Positions 10,324-19,805 of a DNA stretch of 36,168 nt are shown piece after piece. The notes under the pieces are model-generated. The model was not told where the DNA came from and ran no database searches. It worked only from the letters and a program-made list of their open reading frames with translations. Position numbers and translations under genes: made by a program. Position 1 is the stretch's first letter. Every line of letters starts with the position of its first letter. Origin of the DNA: an uncultured Alphaproteobacteria bacterium (GTDB lineage Bacteria > Pseudomonadota > Alphaproteobacteria > CACZRW01); assembly GCA_944390645.1 (NCBI GenBank), contig CALXRE010000095.1, positions 1 through 36,168 on the forward strand. The letters run 5' to 3'.

Positions 10324-10362
10324 AAAGTATAATTAAAATCTTAAAACGAGGAGATGTGTAGT

Positions 10363-10971
10363 ATGAGTGAAAATGAAAAATTCGATGAAATCGAAGAAAA
10401 AAACGAAGAATCTATAGAAACTCAGTCAGATGAATACGCAAAAATAATTGAAAAACTTCAAGCTGAAAATAATGAGCTAAAAAATAATTTCTTACGAGCT
10501 CATGCTGATATGGAAAATTTGCGAAAACGTTCAGCGGCTGAAATTGAAAAAAGAAGTAAATTTGCAATATCTGATTTCGCTCGCCAACTTTTACCTGTCG
10601 CAGACAATTTAACTAGAGCTTTAAATGCTTTTAAAATTGATGAAAAAGAGCATAAACCAGAAACAATTAAAAATTTAATCCAAGGAATCCTATTAACGCA
10701 GAAAGAACTTGATGGAGTCTTAGAAAAAAACGGAGTTCGAAAAATTAGTGCTTTAGGTAAAATCTTTGACCCTAATTTCCATCAAGTAGTGCAAGAAAAA
10801 GAAGATAAATCTGTCCCCGTTGGAACGGTTCTGGAAGAGTGGCAAACTGGATATACTATCGGAGATAGAGTACTGCGAGAAGCTATGGTTGTTGTTGCTA
10901 AAGGTGGACCTAAACCGGAAAAGGAAAGCTCTGAAAATATATCTAAGGATAACATAGATACTAAGGTGTAA
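10363..10971 (+). CDS. grpE: Nucleotide exchange factor GrpE
   Basis: LRAHADMENLRKR, LLPVADNL, FDPNFHQ, GYTIGDRVLREAMVVV. Start moved to ATG 10363 for proper spacing from GAGGAG. Confidence 0.95.
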   Translation: MSENEKFDEIEEKNEESIETQSDEYAKIIEKLQAENNELKNNFLRAHADMENLRKRSAAEIEKRSKFAISDFARQLLPVADNLTRALNAFKIDEKEHKPETIKNLIQGILLTQKELDGVLEKNGVRKISALGKIFDPNFHQVVQEKEDKSVPVGTVLEEWQTGYTIGDRVLREAMVVVAKGGPKPEKESSENISKDNIDTKV

Positions 10972-11084
10972 AAATCTAAAAAACTTCATGTTTTAAAAAC
11001 TTATTTTTTAATTAAGAGATTTTTTGCTGGACGAAAAGAAGAATATCTGGGAAAACTACTATTAAAAGTAATTTGGGGTCAATC

Positions 11085-11357
11085 ATGACTGATGCTGAAG
11101 TCTTGGATATTTCTCGAGAAGCCTTATATACGCTAATAATGGTGGTATCGCCAATATTATTGGTCGCTATGATAGTTGGTCTACTTATTGGTATTTTTCA
11201 AACTCTGACTCAAATCCAAGAAATTACTTTAACCTTTGTTCCTAAAATTATTTTAGTCTTTATAACGGCAATAATCGTTCTTCCTTTTATGATGGGAAGA
11301 ATGACGGCTTTGGCTAATAATATTTTTGATCGAATTACGGCTATCGGAATTACCTAA
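11085..11357 (+). CDS. fliQ: Flagellar export protein FliQ
   Basis: GIFQTLTQIQEITLTFVPK signature; start at ATG 11085. Confidence 0.93.
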   Translation: MTDAEVLDISREALYTLIMVVSPILLVAMIVGLLIGIFQTLTQIQEITLTFVPKIILVFITAIIVLPFMMGRMTALANNIFDRITAIGIT

Positions 11358-12122
11358 ATGTTAGGAAATTTACTATCTGTTGAAGCTTTCCATTTTATGC
11401 TGACTTTTTGTCGAATAGGTGCTGCTTTTATGGTCTTGCCTATCTTCTCCGCTAGCTTTGTAAATGTAACTTTGAGACTCGCTTTAGCTTTGGCTATAAC
11501 GGCTTTGATTTATCCTAATGTTGTGTCTTCTTTTCCTCCTGAACCAACAAATGTTTTAGAACTCTTTTTCTTGTTTGTTTGTGAAATAATAATAGGTATA
11601 TTCTTAGGCTTGATACCTGTATTTTTACTAACAGCTTTAGATCTAGCTGGAAGTAATATTGGTATATCCCTTGGCTTCTCTAACGCTTCTATGTTCGATC
11701 CTGCTAATAGTTCTCAAAGTATGCTAACAAATACTTTCCTTTCTTATGTCGCAATATTAATGATTCTGTCTCTTAATCTCCATTATTTAATGATAACAGC
11801 AATTTTTGATAGTTATTCTTTATTCGTTCCTGGAAAGGGCTTACAAATAGGTGATATAACTTATTTCTTGTCTAATACTTTAGTCGCTTCTTTTAAAATA
11901 GGTTTTGAAATATCAGATCCTTTTGTTGTCATTTCTATTATTTTAAATGTTGGTATGGGTATATTGTCTCGATTAATGCCTCAACTTAACGTGTTGTTTT
12001 TGGTTATGCCTATGCAAAGCTTCTTTGGTTTGGCTTTGTTGATGATGGTTCTTCCTACGGTCATGATATGTGCTTTAGGATATCTGGAAGATGGTCTAAT
12101 CTCTTTCTTAAAAGTAAAGTGA
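11358..12122 (+). CDS. fliR: Flagellar export protein FliR
   Basis: Multi-TM protein with FCRIGA, EIIIG, MFDP, NLHYL, LSRLMPQLNV; between fliQ and flhB. Confidence 0.92.
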   Translation: MLGNLLSVEAFHFMLTFCRIGAAFMVLPIFSASFVNVTLRLALALAITALIYPNVVSSFPPEPTNVLELFFLFVCEIIIGIFLGLIPVFLLTALDLAGSNIGISLGFSNASMFDPANSSQSMLTNTFLSYVAILMILSLNLHYLMITAIFDSYSLFVPGKGLQIGDITYFLSNTLVASFKIGFEISDPFVVISIILNVGMGILSRLMPQLNVLFLVMPMQSFFGLALLMMVLPTVMICALGYLEDGLISFLKVK

Positions 12123-12136
12123 AAAGGAAACTTTAA

Positions 12137-13207
12137 ATGGCCGAAGAAGATGAATCCTCAAAAACAGAAGAACCTAGTGAACGAAAAATAGAAAAAGCTC
12201 GTGAGGAAGGACAAGTACCTCTATCTCAAGAAGTCAAAAGCTGGATTATGCTTTTTGGTGGCCTCCTAGTAGTATGGGCTATTTTCCCTTTTATGATGAA
12301 AAATACTGGAAATCTTCTATATCGTTTTATTGCTAATCCTGAACAAATAGATGTAAATAACTCAGATATACAAACTTTGATGATACAAGTAATATCTAGT
12401 GTGGGTTTGATATTATTATTACCTCTTAGCATTCTTTTTATTATGGCAATTGTTGCTACAGTAGCTCAAATAGGATTCCTTTATGCTCCTAAACGACTTT
12501 CTCTTAAATGGGAAAGACTAAATCTACCTAAAAATTTAAAAAGCTTTATATCTTTGCAAAAAATATTTGAAACAATTAAAGGTTTTCTGAAAATCGGAGT
12601 TGTTATCATTACTGTATCTGTGGTCGTCTTCCCTCAGATGAATATGATTCCTCTTTTACCAACTATGGAAATGTATCCTATTTTAAATGTTATGTATCGA
12701 ATCGTTTTTATGATGCTCTTAACGGTAGTCATCGTTATGTTCATTGTTGCTATGATAGATTTAATTTATCAACGCTTAACCTTTCGAAAAAAACAACGTA
12801 TGACTAAACAAGAAGTAAAAGATGAATATAAACAAATGGAAGGAGATCCTCTCGTAAAATCTCGTATAAGATCTATCCGTATGGAAAAGTTTAGGCAAAG
12901 AATGATGCAAGCTGTCCCTACAGCTACAGTAGTTGTTACAAACCCTACTCATTTTGCCGTGGCTTTGAAATATGAAGGAGAAGAAATGGATGCTCCAAAA
13001 GTAGTAGCAAAAGGTGTGGACTTCTTAGCTCAAAAAATTAAAGAATTAGCTAATGAAAATGATGTGCCAATAGTAGAAAATCCTCCTTTGGCAAGAGCTC
13101 TATATGCTAGCGTGGAAGTAGATCAAGTAATTCCTCCTGAGCACTTTAAAGCTGTCGCAGAAATTATAAGTTATGTATTTAAAATGAAAAATCACATTAA
13201 AAGATAA
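12137..13207 (+). CDS. flhB: Flagellar export/switch protein FlhB
   Basis: KTEEPSERK, MTKQEVKDEYKQMEGDP, NPTH autocleavage motif, ENPPLARAL. Confidence 0.96.
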   Translation: MAEEDESSKTEEPSERKIEKAREEGQVPLSQEVKSWIMLFGGLLVVWAIFPFMMKNTGNLLYRFIANPEQIDVNNSDIQTLMIQVISSVGLILLLPLSILFIMAIVATVAQIGFLYAPKRLSLKWERLNLPKNLKSFISLQKIFETIKGFLKIGVVIITVSVVVFPQMNMIPLLPTMEMYPILNVMYRIVFMMLLTVVIVMFIVAMIDLIYQRLTFRKKQRMTKQEVKDEYKQMEGDPLVKSRIRSIRMEKFRQRMMQAVPTATVVVTNPTHFAVALKYEGEEMDAPKVVAKGVDFLAQKIKELANENDVPIVENPPLARALYASVEVDQVIPPEHFKAVAEIISYVFKMKNHIKR

Positions 13208-13213
13208 GTAAAA

Positions 13214-15673
13214 ATGCCAAGAAAATATTTTATTATTACTGGATTTACAATAATATTTACTGCATTTGTTGGGGCTTTTTCTCCTTTTTTCGCCGTATTG
13301 ATTGCTGGAGTTGCTTTCGCTTTCCTTCTACATTTAGCCGAAGAATTAAATGAAGAAATTCAAAAAACTGAAAATACTATGTTGGTCGAAGATCCTCGGC
13401 AGGCTAAAGTAGTGTGCGATAAAAATGGAAATATAATTACTTATAATCGTAAAGGCGGAGAACTATTTGGAACTGCAAAAGTCTTTGATAAGCTTAAGTT
13501 AGATTTATACACCTTAGACCAGCATAATAAAGAAGCTTTTTCTAAACTTGAAGAAGCTATATCTCGGGGTGGTGATACTGCTTTAGAAATAGCTTTCGGA
13601 GAAAATTCTCAAAAGTGGTACAGAATAGAAGTACGAAAAATATTAGGTAGAAAAATATGGTTGGTAAAAGCTAAAGATATTACTGCTCGGAGAAATATCG
13701 ATGATATAATGAAACAAGAACGAAAAGAACTTACTGATTTTGTTGATAATTTGCCAATAGGTTTATTCTCTTTAAATGAAAATGCAAAACTTACTTTTGC
13801 TAATGCTAGAATTTGTGAATGGACTGGATATTCTTTATCAAAATTTTTATCACTTTCTTTTGATGACTTGTTTGAAAGTGGCGATAAGCTAGATCTTACC
13901 AAAGATTGGAATGGTGATATTGTTTTTAAAACGGCTAACGGAAGTGATTTTAAAGCATTAGTAAAAACTTCTGTTCATAATAAAAATGATGAAATAGCTA
14001 TTTGTTGCTCTGTAATTAAAAATGCTTCTAAAGATAATGAATGGGAAAGTGCTTTAAAAAATGCTGAAAACCATTTCTCGTGGTTGTTTAAAGAAACTCC
14101 TTTTGGTATAGCTTTTACAGATACAGATGGCTTTATAAAAGAAATAAATCCTACTTTGGAAAAAATATTCGGATTAGATAAATCTCAACTCGTAGGAAAA
14201 AATATCGCAAATTGTTTGGGAGAAGAAAATTTCTTCGAAATTAATGATAAAATAAAAAAAGTGCTTAATGAAGGTTTGAGCCAATTAAAAGGAGAAGTTA
14301 GAATCTTACTCCCTGATAAAGTTTTTGGCGCAGAAAAAATTTATGCTGTCTTTATAAGACCTACAAAAATCCAAACCTTTAAAGGAAAAGAAAATATTAC
14401 GGGTCTAATATTTCATTTTTTTGAAACCACAGAGTGGAAAAATTTGGAATTACAATTTGAACAAGCTCAAAAAATGCAAGCTATGGGACAACTCGCTGGA
14501 GGAGTGGCTCATGACTTCAATAACTTGTTAACGGCTATCTTAGGCTTTTGTGACTTCTTGTTACATCGCCATGGTCCTGGAGATCCTTCTTTCGCTGATA
14601 TTATTCAGATCCAGCAAAATTCTAATCGTGCTGCTAATTTAGTTCGACAGCTTTTAGCTTTTTCTCGTAAACAATCTTTGACCCCTAAAATTACCGATAC
14701 TTATGAAGCTTTCGCCGATATTATGGATTTATTACGCCAATTGGTCGGAAGAAATATCGATATACGACCTGTATACGGTAGAAACCTAGGATACATAAGA
14801 GTAGATCAAGGGCAGTTTGTACAAGTATTTGTAAACCTTACTGTAAATGCTAAAGATGCTATGAATGGAAAAGGAATAATTGATATTAAAATATCTAATT
14901 ATGATGTAAAAGAACCTATCCCAAATAACTCGGAAATAATACCAGTCGGAAAATATGTTATGTTTGAATTTTCTGATACTGGGTGTGGAATTAAAAAAGA
15001 AAACTTAAAACGTATTTTTGAACCTTTCTTTTCTACTAAAAGTGCAAGCGGAGCAGGAACTGGATTGGGATTAGCTACGGTTTATGGCATTGTTAGTCAA
15101 ACAGACGGGTTTATAAAAGTTGAAAGCGAAGAAGGAAAAGGTACTACTTTCACTATTCTTCTACCTAGATACGAAGAAATTGATAAAAATCCAGAAAAAA
15201 TAGAAATTAAGGAAGCTCCTTTGGTTACGATTGCTCCTCTAGCTGTAGAAAATCCTGAAAATAATATAGAAAGTTATGATGAAAATAATCCTTTATCTCC
15301 TTCAAATAAAAAAGGAAATATTCTCTTAGTCGAAGATGAAGATGCTGTACGATTGTTTGCTGCTAGAGCTTTAAAAAATCGTGGATACACTGTGATTCCT
15401 TGTCCTTCAGCTGAAGATGCTTTAGATGTATTAAAAAATAATGATAACTTTGATCTCTTATTAACGGATATGACTATGCCGGGAATGGACGGAGCAAACT
15501 TAGCTAAAAAAGTTAAAGACTTAATACCTTCAATAAAAATAATTATTATGTCTGGTTTTTCAGAAGATATTGCTAGAGGAGAAATCGCTGATAACCCAGA
15601 TATACATTTTCTCGGTAAACCTTTTAATACTGAACAAATAGTGACTAAAGTGAAAAATATAATGGCTATATAA
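13214..15673 (+). CDS. cckA: Hybrid PAS histidine kinase/receiver, CckA-like
   Basis: N-terminal hydrophobic segment, PAS-like repeats, AQKMQAMGQLAGGVAHDFNNLL H-box, NAKDAM, FEPFFSTK, GTGLGL, receiver LLVEDE...LTDMTMP; flhB-cckA-recA order is typical of Alphaproteobacteria. Confidence 0.88.
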   Translation: MPRKYFIITGFTIIFTAFVGAFSPFFAVLIAGVAFAFLLHLAEELNEEIQKTENTMLVEDPRQAKVVCDKNGNIITYNRKGGELFGTAKVFDKLKLDLYTLDQHNKEAFSKLEEAISRGGDTALEIAFGENSQKWYRIEVRKILGRKIWLVKAKDITARRNIDDIMKQERKELTDFVDNLPIGLFSLNENAKLTFANARICEWTGYSLSKFLSLSFDDLFESGDKLDLTKDWNGDIVFKTANGSDFKALVKTSVHNKNDEIAICCSVIKNASKDNEWESALKNAENHFSWLFKETPFGIAFTDTDGFIKEINPTLEKIFGLDKSQLVGKNIANCLGEENFFEINDKIKKVLNEGLSQLKGEVRILLPDKVFGAEKIYAVFIRPTKIQTFKGKENITGLIFHFFETTEWKNLELQFEQAQKMQAMGQLAGGVAHDFNNLLTAILGFCDFLLHRHGPGDPSFADIIQIQQNSNRAANLVRQLLAFSRKQSLTPKITDTYEAFADIMDLLRQLVGRNIDIRPVYGRNLGYIRVDQGQFVQVFVNLTVNAKDAMNGKGIIDIKISNYDVKEPIPNNSEIIPVGKYVMFEFSDTGCGIKKENLKRIFEPFFSTKSASGAGTGLGLATVYGIVSQTDGFIKVESEEGKGTTFTILLPRYEEIDKNPEKIEIKEAPLVTIAPLAVENPENNIESYDENNPLSPSNKKGNILLVEDEDAVRLFAARALKNRGYTVIPCPSAEDALDVLKNNDNFDLLLTDMTMPGMDGANLAKKVKDLIPSIKIIIMSGFSEDIARGEIADNPDIHFLGKPFNTEQIVTKVKNIMAI

Positions 15674-15725
15674 AACTGTTTTTCCGTTTTGTTCTACTTT
15701 TATGGAAAAATGTTCTTGCTTAATA

Positions 15726-15740
15726 GAACGAAATGTGCAC
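15726..15740 (+). promoter_or_regulatory. Putative alphaproteobacterial LexA (SOS) box
   Basis: GAAC-GAAATGT-GCAC, one mismatch to GAAC-N7-GAAC, just downstream of a TTGCTT -35-like hexamer (15716-15721) and 50 nt upstream of recA. Confidence 0.65.
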
Positions 15741-15790
15741 AATAAGACTATTGAAGAAAATTCCTTTTTGTGGGATAAGGAGAATTATAA

Positions 15791-16882
15791 ATGTCACAGC
15801 CTATTTTGAAAGTATTGGAAACAAATAACATGGAAAAAGATAAAGCTTTGGACGCTGCTCTTTCTCAAATTGAAAGAGCTTTCGGAAAAGGTTCTATTAT
15901 GCGCCTTGGACAAAGAGAAAATGCAGTAGAAATCCCTGCTATATCAACAGGATCTTTGGGCTTAGATTTAGCCTTGGGAATAGGGGGATTACCTAGGGGA
16001 AGGGTAATTGAAATATATGGACCAGAAAGCTCTGGTAAAACAACTCTGGCTTTGCATGTAGTCGCTGAAGCTCAAAAAAATGGCGGATCTTGTGCTTATA
16101 TTGATGCAGAACATGCTTTGGATCCTTCTTATGCCGCTAAGTTGGGAGTTAATATAAATGATTTATTAATATCTCAGCCAGATACAGGAGAACAAGCTCT
16201 CGAAATAGCTGATACTCTAGTTCGATCTGGAGCAATTGATGTGTTGGTCGTTGATTCTGTCGCCGCTCTCGTTCCAAAGGCTGAGCTAGAAGGTGATATG
16301 GGGGATTCTCATGTCGGATTACAAGCTAGATTAATGAGCCAAGCTCTGCGAAAAATTACCGCTTCTGTCGCAAGATCTAATACTTTACTCATATTTATTA
16401 ATCAAATACGTATGAAAATTGGGATTATGTTCGGTAATCCTGAAACAACTACAGGCGGAAATGCTTTGAAATTCTATGCTTCGGTTAGATTAGACATAAG
16501 ACGTATTGGATCAATTAAGGAAAAAGATGACGTTATCGGTAATCAAACAAGAGTTAAAGTCGTAAAAAATAAAGTTGCTCCTCCTTTTAGAGTCGTTGAT
16601 TTTGATATCATGTATGGTGAAGGTATTTCTAAAATGGGTGAACTTATAGACTTGGGAATTAAAGCTGGAATCGTTGAAAAAGCTGGATCTTGGTTCTCTT
16701 ATAAGGGGCAAAGGTTAGGGCAAGGAAAAGAAAATGTCCGTGCTTATTTGAAAAGTAATCCCGAAGTCGCTATGGAAATTGAAAAAATAATTCGTGAACA
16801 TAGTGGAGATATTTCTCAGAAAATGATCGGAGCTGGTGATGAAGGTGATAATATTCCTTCTTCTATCGCTGAAAACGAGTGA
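15791..16882 (+). CDS. recA: Recombinase RecA
   Basis: [42 protein letters not shown]; AAGGAG RBS. Confidence 0.99.
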   Translation: MSQPILKVLETNNMEKDKALDAALSQIERAFGKGSIMRLGQRENAVEIPAISTGSLGLDLALGIGGLPRGRVIEIYGPESSGKTTLALHVVAEAQKNGGSCAYIDAEHALDPSYAAKLGVNINDLLISQPDTGEQALEIADTLVRSGAIDVLVVDSVAALVPKAELEGDMGDSHVGLQARLMSQALRKITASVARSNTLLIFINQIRMKIGIMFGNPETTTGGNALKFYASVRLDIRRIGSIKEKDDVIGNQTRVKVVKNKVAPPFRVVDFDIMYGEGISKMGELIDLGIKAGIVEKAGSWFSYKGQRLGQGKENVRAYLKSNPEVAMEIEKIIREHSGDISQKMIGAGDEGDNIPSSIAENE

Positions 16883-16907
16883 TTTTAAATAAAATGTTGT
16901 GTAAATT

Positions 16908-16936
16908 GCGAGGAGTCTTAACTCCTCGCTTTTTTT
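16908..16936 (+). terminator. Intrinsic terminator after recA
   Basis: Stem GCGAGGAGT / ACTCCTCGC, loop CTTA, followed by T7. Confidence 0.9.
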
Positions 16937-16951
16937 AATCCTTATGAATAC

Positions 16952-17689
16952 TTATTGCCAACTTAAATGCATTAAAGCCGCAATCTTGTTCGTTTCTTTT
17001 ATAGTTAATTGATGAAAAGTTTCGGTGTGAGAAATATTACTTGATATTATTAATGTTTCTCCATATTTAGCTTCATTTTTAAAACTTATAGATAAAAATG
17101 AAGGAATCTTATCTTCTATAAAATTATCAGGAAGTCCTTCTAAAACAAAAGCTGGATAAACAGAATTATTTACATGATGATTTGAATCTATATCGTCATG
17201 TCTAATAGGTAACTCTTTCGTAAAATCTGCCTGTAAAGGAATTTCTATTTTGGAAAAAGTTGAATCTAAAGCATGATCGTCTATCGTGTTAAAATTAGGA
17301 AAAATTTTCTTATATGAAAGGGGCTTTTTGGAAATAAGATCTATTAAAACCCATCTGCTAGTTGCTAAGATCATTTCTTGACCATCGTCTCTGGTTACCC
17401 GAAAATCTCTTATCCCATACAGAGATGTTCCTGAGCTAGGCCATGTCTCTATTGTTATTTCGTCTCCCCATTTGGGAAAATTTAAAAACTTTACCTTGTA
17501 ATCAACGGCTATCCAACCAACATGGTGTTCATTAAGATATTTATATCCAATGTCTGCACTCTCTATATTTGCTTCTGCTGCTGATTGAAAAAAATTGAAT
17601 AAAGTGGAAATCTTTAATCTGTCTTTTGAATCACATGCATAAGTACGAATTTGATAAGATAACTTCTGTTTATTTATTAATAAACTCAT
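16952..17689 (-). CDS. Acyl-ACP thioesterase (double hot-dog, FatA/FatB-like)
   Basis: PKWGDEITIETW, RDF, ATSRWVLID, DIDSNHHVNNSVY catalytic motif. Start moved to ATG 17689 because the longer ORF overlaps the tRNA. Confidence 0.88.
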   Translation of the reverse strand: MSLLINKQKLSYQIRTYACDSKDRLKISTLFNFFQSAAEANIESADIGYKYLNEHHVGWIAVDYKVKFLNFPKWGDEITIETWPSSGTSLYGIRDFRVTRDDGQEMILATSRWVLIDLISKKPLSYKKIFPNFNTIDDHALDSTFSKIEIPLQADFTKELPIRHDDIDSNHHVNNSVYPAFVLEGLPDNFIEDKIPSFLSISFKNEAKYGETLIISSNISHTETFHQLTIKETNKIAALMHLSWQ

Positions 17690-17740
17690 AATAAACAAAG
17701 CCCTAAAGAATAAAAAAAGTAAACGCTTAGTGCTTTTAAG

Positions 17741-17816
<76 letters not shown>

Positions 17817-17864
17817 TTAAAAAAATTATTCATATACACTTTTTCTTCAAAGTGCAAGGAATCT

Positions 17865-19079
17865 TTATTGATATCTTAATGCTTCTATTGGATCTAATTT
17901 CATCGCTTTATACGCTGGAATAATCCCAGAAAGAACTCCAACAAGAACTGCTACGCTAAAGGATAAAATAATAGGCCAAACTGAAATAGGAACTTCATAT
18001 TCCATAATGTAACCTATAATTTGTGAGGTCGTGATCCCTATAAATAAACCTAAAAGACTTCCAAGAAAAGAAATCATTATAGATTCTGTTAAAAATTGTA
18101 ACATTATCCAACGATTTTCTGCTCCTAATGCTTTCCTAATACCTATCTCCCGTGTACGTTCCGTTACTGAAACTAACATCATATTCATAATACCTATACT
18201 TCCTACTATTAAAGAAATAGAAGCTATCGCTGCTAATAAAATCGATAAAACTAAGCCAACCGTTTTAATCGTGTTTACCATAGCCGTCATGTTCATTACT
18301 TCAAAATCATCATCATGTCCTTCTTTGATATTATGTCTTGAACGAAGAAGCATTTTTACTCGGTTAGAGGCGGTCTCTAAATCTTCATCATCTGATACTT
18401 TAATATAACCAAAATTAACTCTATCTGGTATTCTTGAACCTTGTATCCTTTGTCTTACGGTTGTATACGGCATTAAAATAACGTCATCTTGATCGTTACC
18501 CATTAAATCTTGTCCTTTAGAGGCAAGTAAACCTACAACCTTAAACGGAACATTCTTTATCCTTATCGTTTCTCCTACAGGATCTGCAAAACCAAAAAGT
18601 TCGTTCGCTGTAGTGGCTCCTATCAAAATATAAGGCGATGCTGATTTTACATCTTTCTCTGTAAATGGTTCTCCTCTTTCTATCTCCCATTTGTTTACGG
18701 TTATTAAGTCCGGAGTCGTGCCTCGGATAGATACCGTCCAGTTATTCGCTCCGTATACTCCTTGAGCGGTCGCTCTTACTATCGGTGCCGCTGCATCAAC
18801 TCCTTTTAATGTCTTCGTCGCTTCAACATCTGCTGCTGTTATCGTCGGTCTTTGTCCACTTTTTATGCCAGAAGTAAAAACAAAACTCGGATGAATCATT
18901 AATAGATTCCCTCCCATAGAAGCAAAACTGTTATTTATAACTAACGAAACTGTTTGTCCTGCTGCAACCATCATAACTACCGCACTAACTCCTATGATAA
19001 TACCTAAGGTAGTTAAAAATGTACGAAGCTTATGAGAAGAAAGTGAAAGCCATGCCTCTTTTATAATTAGCCAAATCAT
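17865..19079 (-). CDS. MacB/FtsX-family ABC transporter permease
   Basis: LRTFLTTLGIIIGV, large periplasmic domain, GIMNMMLVSVTERTREIGIRKALGA, LDPIEALRY. Confidence 0.93.
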   Translation of the reverse strand: MIWLIIKEAWLSLSSHKLRTFLTTLGIIIGVSAVVMMVAAGQTVSLVINNSFASMGGNLLMIHPSFVFTSGIKSGQRPTITAADVEATKTLKGVDAAAPIVRATAQGVYGANNWTVSIRGTTPDLITVNKWEIERGEPFTEKDVKSASPYILIGATTANELFGFADPVGETIRIKNVPFKVVGLLASKGQDLMGNDQDDVILMPYTTVRQRIQGSRIPDRVNFGYIKVSDDEDLETASNRVKMLLRSRHNIKEGHDDDFEVMNMTAMVNTIKTVGLVLSILLAAIASISLIVGSIGIMNMMLVSVTERTREIGIRKALGAENRWIMLQFLTESIMISFLGSLLGLFIGITTSQIIGYIMEYEVPISVWPIILSFSVAVLVGVLSGIIPAYKAMKLDPIEALRYQ

Positions 19080-19786
19080 GTCGATTTCTCCATATAAGCA
19101 CGAACACTACCATCGTATTCTTTTTGTCCATCACTTATGCGAATAAGTCGTTGAGCATACATCGCTACGTCGGGTTCATGAGTAACTAAAACTATTGTCT
19201 TGCCATCTTTATTAAGCTCCGTAAATAAATTCATTATTTCATCGCTCGTCTTACTGTCTAAATTTCCTGTTGGTTCGTCTGCAAAAATTATCTGTGGCTC
19301 ATTTACTAAAGCTCTAGCTATTGCAACCCTTTGTTGCATTCCTCCAGAAAGTTGATTCGGCATCCTATCTTCATATCCTGAAAGCTTCATCTTGCGAATG
19401 TAAATAAGTGCTCGCTCTCGTCGATAAATATCGTTCTTACCAGCATAAATTAATGGTAACGAAACGTTGTCTGAAATACTTCTTCTCATCAAAAGATTAA
19501 AATTCTGAAAAACAAAGCCAATCTTGGAATTACGAACTTCTGCAAGTTGATTGTCTGTTAATCCCGAAACTTCCCTTCCGTCAAGAACATATGAACCTTT
19601 GGTCGGTCGATCTAAACACCCTAAAATGTTCATAAGAGTTGATTTGCCTGAACCTGACGGACCCATTATCGCAACAAATTCTCCTTTTTTTACGATAAAA
19701 TTTATGTCCTTTAGAACTTTTTGCTCTAAACCGCCATCCATAATATAATTCTTATATAGACCGCTAATCTCTATTACGCTGTCCAT
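19076..19786 (-). CDS. ABC transporter ATP-binding protein (MacB/LolD-like)
   Basis: GPSGSGKS, GFVFQNFNL, LSGGMQQRVAIARA, ADEPTGNLD, VTHE. Start moved to ATG 19786. Confidence 0.95.
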   Translation of the reverse strand: MDSVIEISGLYKNYIMDGGLEQKVLKDINFIVKKGEFVAIMGPSGSGKSTLMNILGCLDRPTKGSYVLDGREVSGLTDNQLAEVRNSKIGFVFQNFNLLMRRSISDNVSLPLIYAGKNDIYRRERALIYIRKMKLSGYEDRMPNQLSGGMQQRVAIARALVNEPQIIFADEPTGNLDSKTSDEIMNLFTELNKDGKTIVLVTHEPDVAMYAQRLIRISDGQKEYDGSVRAYMEKST

Positions 19787-19805
19787 TCCTTTTCCCTTCT
19801 TTCTT

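Noticed and set aside
10993-11015. Possible CtrA box upstream of fliQ (TTAT-N7-TTAA)
   Set aside because: Only a mismatched version of TTAA-N7-TTAA, expected by chance in AT-rich DNA.
15560-15742. 60-aa minus-strand ORF across the cckA end and recA promoter
   Set aside because: Overlaps cckA and the SOS box; no motif or RBS support.
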